DNA of 20,000 bases from an uncultured Gemmatimonadota bacterium (lineage in GTDB: Bacteria; GCA-2686955), in contig CAZBBK010000007.1 in the NCBI GenBank assembly GCA_964490075.1, forward strand, positions 44,383 through 64,382, read 5' to 3'. Made by a program: the position numbers and the translations under genes. Numbering within the stretch: position 1 is the first letter of the stretch; each line of letters begins with the position of its first letter. Of this stretch, positions 17,732 through 20,000 are shown piece after piece. The notes under the pieces were generated by a model that saw nothing but the letters and a program-made list of their open reading frames with translations, was not told the origin of the DNA and ran no database searches.

Positions 17732-18787
17732 CTACTGGGGATCGAGATTGAAGTCGACCTTGTTGTTCACGTTCGGCAACACCGTCAGCTCCTTGGTCTG
17801 CGACTGGTAGCCGGGCGCCGAGGCGATCAGCTCGATCGTCTGCAACACCTCTTGCGAGCCGGTGATCGCGCCGCTGGAGTCGACCACCCGAATCACCACG
17901 CCGGTCGCCAGGCGCTGAATATCGTAATTTCCGAGCGAATCGGTGGTCGCGTCGTTGCCTTCGTTGAGGAAGATCGGGCTGCGCAGGGCGCTCGGATCTC
18001 CCAGCTCGGGGCTGAGCTCGATCTGCAGCCGGTGCACGCCACCGGCCGCGCGCCCGTCCAGCGTGTCGCGCCCGCTCCAATGGAAGTGCAGCAGCTCGCC
18101 GGCGTCCGCCTCGCCGCTCCCCAGCGTCGCCAGCAGGTCGCCGCCGGTGCTCTGCATCTCGGCGCTGTACGACGCCGCGCCCACGATGGCGAGAGGAACC
18201 GACATCGAATCGACCATCGGATTCGGAGCGGGAACACCGAGCTGAGTATGGAAAGGAACAGCCAGCGAAAGCGAGTCTCCGGACAGGCCCGGACCCGGCA
18301 GCTCGGCGAAGAAGCGATAGCGAAAGGTGCCGGCCACGATCGGAATGCTGTCGGTGTAGGAATAGGCGGTGTCGGGTGCGGCGGTAGGCAGCCGCAGCAG
18401 CGTTTCGAAAGTGTCGCTGGCAGGAATGCTGCGCTTGACGTGGAAAGTGTCGATCTGGCCCAGCGAATCGACCGCCCAGTCGAGCTCGATCGCCAGGCCC
18501 GCCTGACGGCCCGCCAGGCTCAGCACCGAATCGGCGGTCGCCGCCAACCACATCCGCGCTGCCCCATCTGGCTGCTCCGCCGGCGCCTCGAGGGTGTCCG
18601 AGAGCTGGTAGCGAATCGACAACGATGCGCCCTCGATCGCGCCACCCTCGGCGCTGCGCACCTTGCCGCTGAGCAGCGTATCGGCGGAGGAGGAGATCAC
18701 CGGATCCTCGCCGCAGGCGGCGACCAGCGCCGCGACGCCGAGAAGGGCGCCGCAAGTCGTTCGGATCATTGTCGTCTTCCGCCTCAT
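17732..18787 (-). CDS. Lipoprotein with carboxypeptidase-regulatory-like, FN3-like and FlgD/T9SS-tail-like beta domains, 351 aa
   Basis: Lipobox VAAC (Cys25). [20 protein letters not shown] ... [11 protein letters not shown] ... [21 protein letters not shown], with an internal PAPNP ... WSGRD...AGGVHRL. The start overlaps the upstream stop (ATGA); an alternative ATG is at 18769. Confidence 0.75.
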   Translation of the reverse strand: MRRKTTMIRTTCGALLGVAALVAACGEDPVISSSADTLLSGKVRSAEGGAIEGASLSIRYQLSDTLEAPAEQPDGAARMWLAATADSVLSLAGRQAGLAIELDWAVDSLGQIDTFHVKRSIPASDTFETLLRLPTAAPDTAYSYTDSIPIVAGTFRYRFFAELPGPGLSGDSLSLAVPFHTQLGVPAPNPMVDSMSVPLAIVGAASYSAEMQSTGGDLLATLGSGEADAGELLHFHWSGRDTLDGRAAGGVHRLQIELSPELGDPSALRSPIFLNEGNDATTDSLGNYDIQRLATGVVIRVVDSSGAITGSQEVLQTIELIASAPGYQSQTKELTVLPNVNNKVDFNLDPQ

Positions 18788-19167
18788 TGCGTCTGTCCCG
18801 CTGCGCTGCGCAGCACCGTGGAGCTGGCGTCGCTCATCTGTTGTTCCATGGTGTCGAGGATCGCGGCGACCTCCGCCGGGGCGATCAGGGTGTCGGTCGC
18901 GGCCAGGGCGAGCAACTGGCGCGTGAGAAAAAGCTCGGAACGCGACACGGTGCGCTCGAAGCCGAGGGCCTGCTCCACGTAGCGCGTCACCGTGCTCTCG
19001 GCGCGAATCCGCTCGGGACCCTCTGGAAGGTTGCGCAGCAGCTCGCCGCGCAAGGTCTGGATCCCCTGCTCCACCTCACGCCGGTTGGCGAGCTGGTGTT
19101 GCACCACCCACGCCACCAGGGCGCAGGCGGTCGCCGCGAGAAAGGCGGTAAGTAGCTTGGGTCCCAT
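18784..19167 (-). CDS. Hypothetical protein with N-terminal membrane anchor, about 127 aa
   Basis: MGPKLLTAFLAATACALVAWVVQHQ followed by a helical soluble part. It has normal amino-acid composition, is coupled to the next gene by a 4-nt overlap and lies downstream of a good promoter. Confidence 0.65.
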   Translation of the reverse strand: MGPKLLTAFLAATACALVAWVVQHQLANRREVEQGIQTLRGELLRNLPEGPERIRAESTVTRYVEQALGFERTVSRSELFLTRQLLALAATDTLIAPAEVAAILDTMEQQMSDASSTVLRSAAGQTQ

Positions 19168-19222
19168 GGGGTTCCAGGTGAGAGGCGGGGTTCTTGCGGG
19201 ACTTTCGACCGTGCTGTGCGCC

Positions 19223-19251
19223 AGCGTAGGTAGCGCCACGACGGGCGTCAA
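19223..19251 (-). promoter_or_regulatory. Sigma70-type promoter (TTGACG-N17-TACGCT) for the hypothetical-lipoprotein-uvrB operon
   Basis: Minus strand: -35 at 19251-19246, exactly 17 nt of spacer, and -10 at 19228-19223. Confidence 0.6.
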
Positions 19252-19365
19252 GCCGGACTTCGGCGGGTGATGAGGCGCGGATCAAGTCGGGAGCCGCCGC
19301 GATCCGATCAGAGGAGTAGGGGTCCGCGAAGTTGCTACTGCGCTCACCCTGGGGAGAGAACAATC

Positions 19366-20000
19366 ATGGGATCGATCATCTGCGGCCTCTTCGCCGCCCT
19401 CGTCTTCAGCGCCTCCGCCGCCGCCACCGAGATCGCCGCCGATCCGGCGCGGGCCTGGAAGAGGATCGCGCGTCACACCGGATCTGAGGTCGATGCCGCT
19501 CTGGGACACGCCGCGTGCGTCGGCGATTGGAACAGCGACGGTCGGACCGACCTGGCGGTCAGCGCCTTTCGAGGCGCGGAGCTGCGCGGCGCGGTTCTGG
19601 TCTACACGGCGGGCGAGTGGCCCCCGGCCGAAGAGCGCATCATCGGAATCCAACGCCGCGGGCACGCCGGCTACTCGCTCGGTGGCAGCGGCGACGTCAA
19701 CGGCGACGGTATCGACGATCTGCTGATCGGCGCGCCCTTCTCGTCCCCCCCCTCCGCGGTGCAGATCCACCTCGGCAGCCGCGACGGCCTGTCCGAGACC
19801 CCCGACCTGGTGCTCTACGGCGATCTGATGCGCGACTACTTCGGCTACTCGGTGGTGGCCCACGACGTCAACGGGGACGGCTGGAAGGACGTAGTGGTCG
19901 GCGCCGACGACGGCGCGCGCGCCTTCGCCGGCGCGGTCTGGACCTTCCACGGCGGCCCGGAGCTCGACACTGCGGCCGACTCGGTGATCGAAGGCGGCAA
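19366..20000 (+). CDS. Secreted FG-GAP (integrin alpha beta-propeller) repeat protein, N-terminal part only
   Basis: Not in the ORF track; translated by hand: MGSIICGLFAALVFSASAAATE...GDWNSDGRTDLAVSA...GYSLGGSGDVNGDGIDDLLIGAP...FGYSVVAHDVNGDGWKDVVVGA...AGAVWTFHG. SD GGGGAG upstream, signal peptide, frame open to the window end. Confidence 0.9.
   Translation, partial: MGSIICGLFAALVFSASAAATEIAADPARAWKRIARHTGSEVDAALGHAACVGDWNSDGRTDLAVSAFRGAELRGAVLVYTAGEWPPAEERIIGIQRRGHAGYSLGGSGDVNGDGIDDLLIGAPFSSPPSAVQIHLGSRDGLSETPDLVLYGDLMRDYFGYSVVAHDVNGDGWKDVVVGADDGARAFAGAVWTFHGGPELDTAADSVIEGG

Noticed and set aside
19282..19950. 222-aa minus-strand ORF
   Set aside because: It is antisense to the FG-GAP repeat gene, which has clear motifs, a signal peptide and an SD.
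1..20000. CRISPR arrays, tRNA/rRNA, transposases or integrases
   Set aside because: None recognisable by eye. Intergenic gaps are all about 200 bp or less, with no periodic repeats or cloverleaf motifs.

Overview
High-GC (about 70%), gene-dense bacterial chromosomal segment. It contains no recognisable mobile element, CRISPR array or RNA gene. Most genes are on the minus strand, listed in window order: a partial lipoprotein, a transglutaminase-like Cys-His-Asp protein, a large GT-C/PMT-family glycosyltransferase, a PQQ-dependent glucose/sorbosone dehydrogenase, an acyltransferase resembling plastid/chlamydial GPAT, monomeric NADP-isocitrate dehydrogenase, FabZ, an M14 carboxypeptidase, uvrB, a multi-domain lipoprotein and a small membrane protein. 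A plus-strand, translationally coupled Mre11/SbcD-like nuclease and Rad50/YhaN-like ATPase pair interrupts this run. The window ends in a partial FG-GAP repeat protein on the plus strand. Most long ORFs in the supplied track are GC-rich shadow frames or have over-extended starts. The most interesting features are: the membrane-anchored nuclease/SMC-like pair with an extra C-terminal domain; a roughly 70 bp AT-rich patch of A/T-rich synonymous codons inside the glycosyltransferase; and a lipoprotein upstream of uvrB with a T9SS-tail/FlgD-like module apparently inserted into a split beta-sandwich. All family assignments come from motif recognition by eye, not from database searches. The FabZ N-terminus and the dehydrogenase tail weakly suggest an uncultured Planctomycetota-like host (inference).
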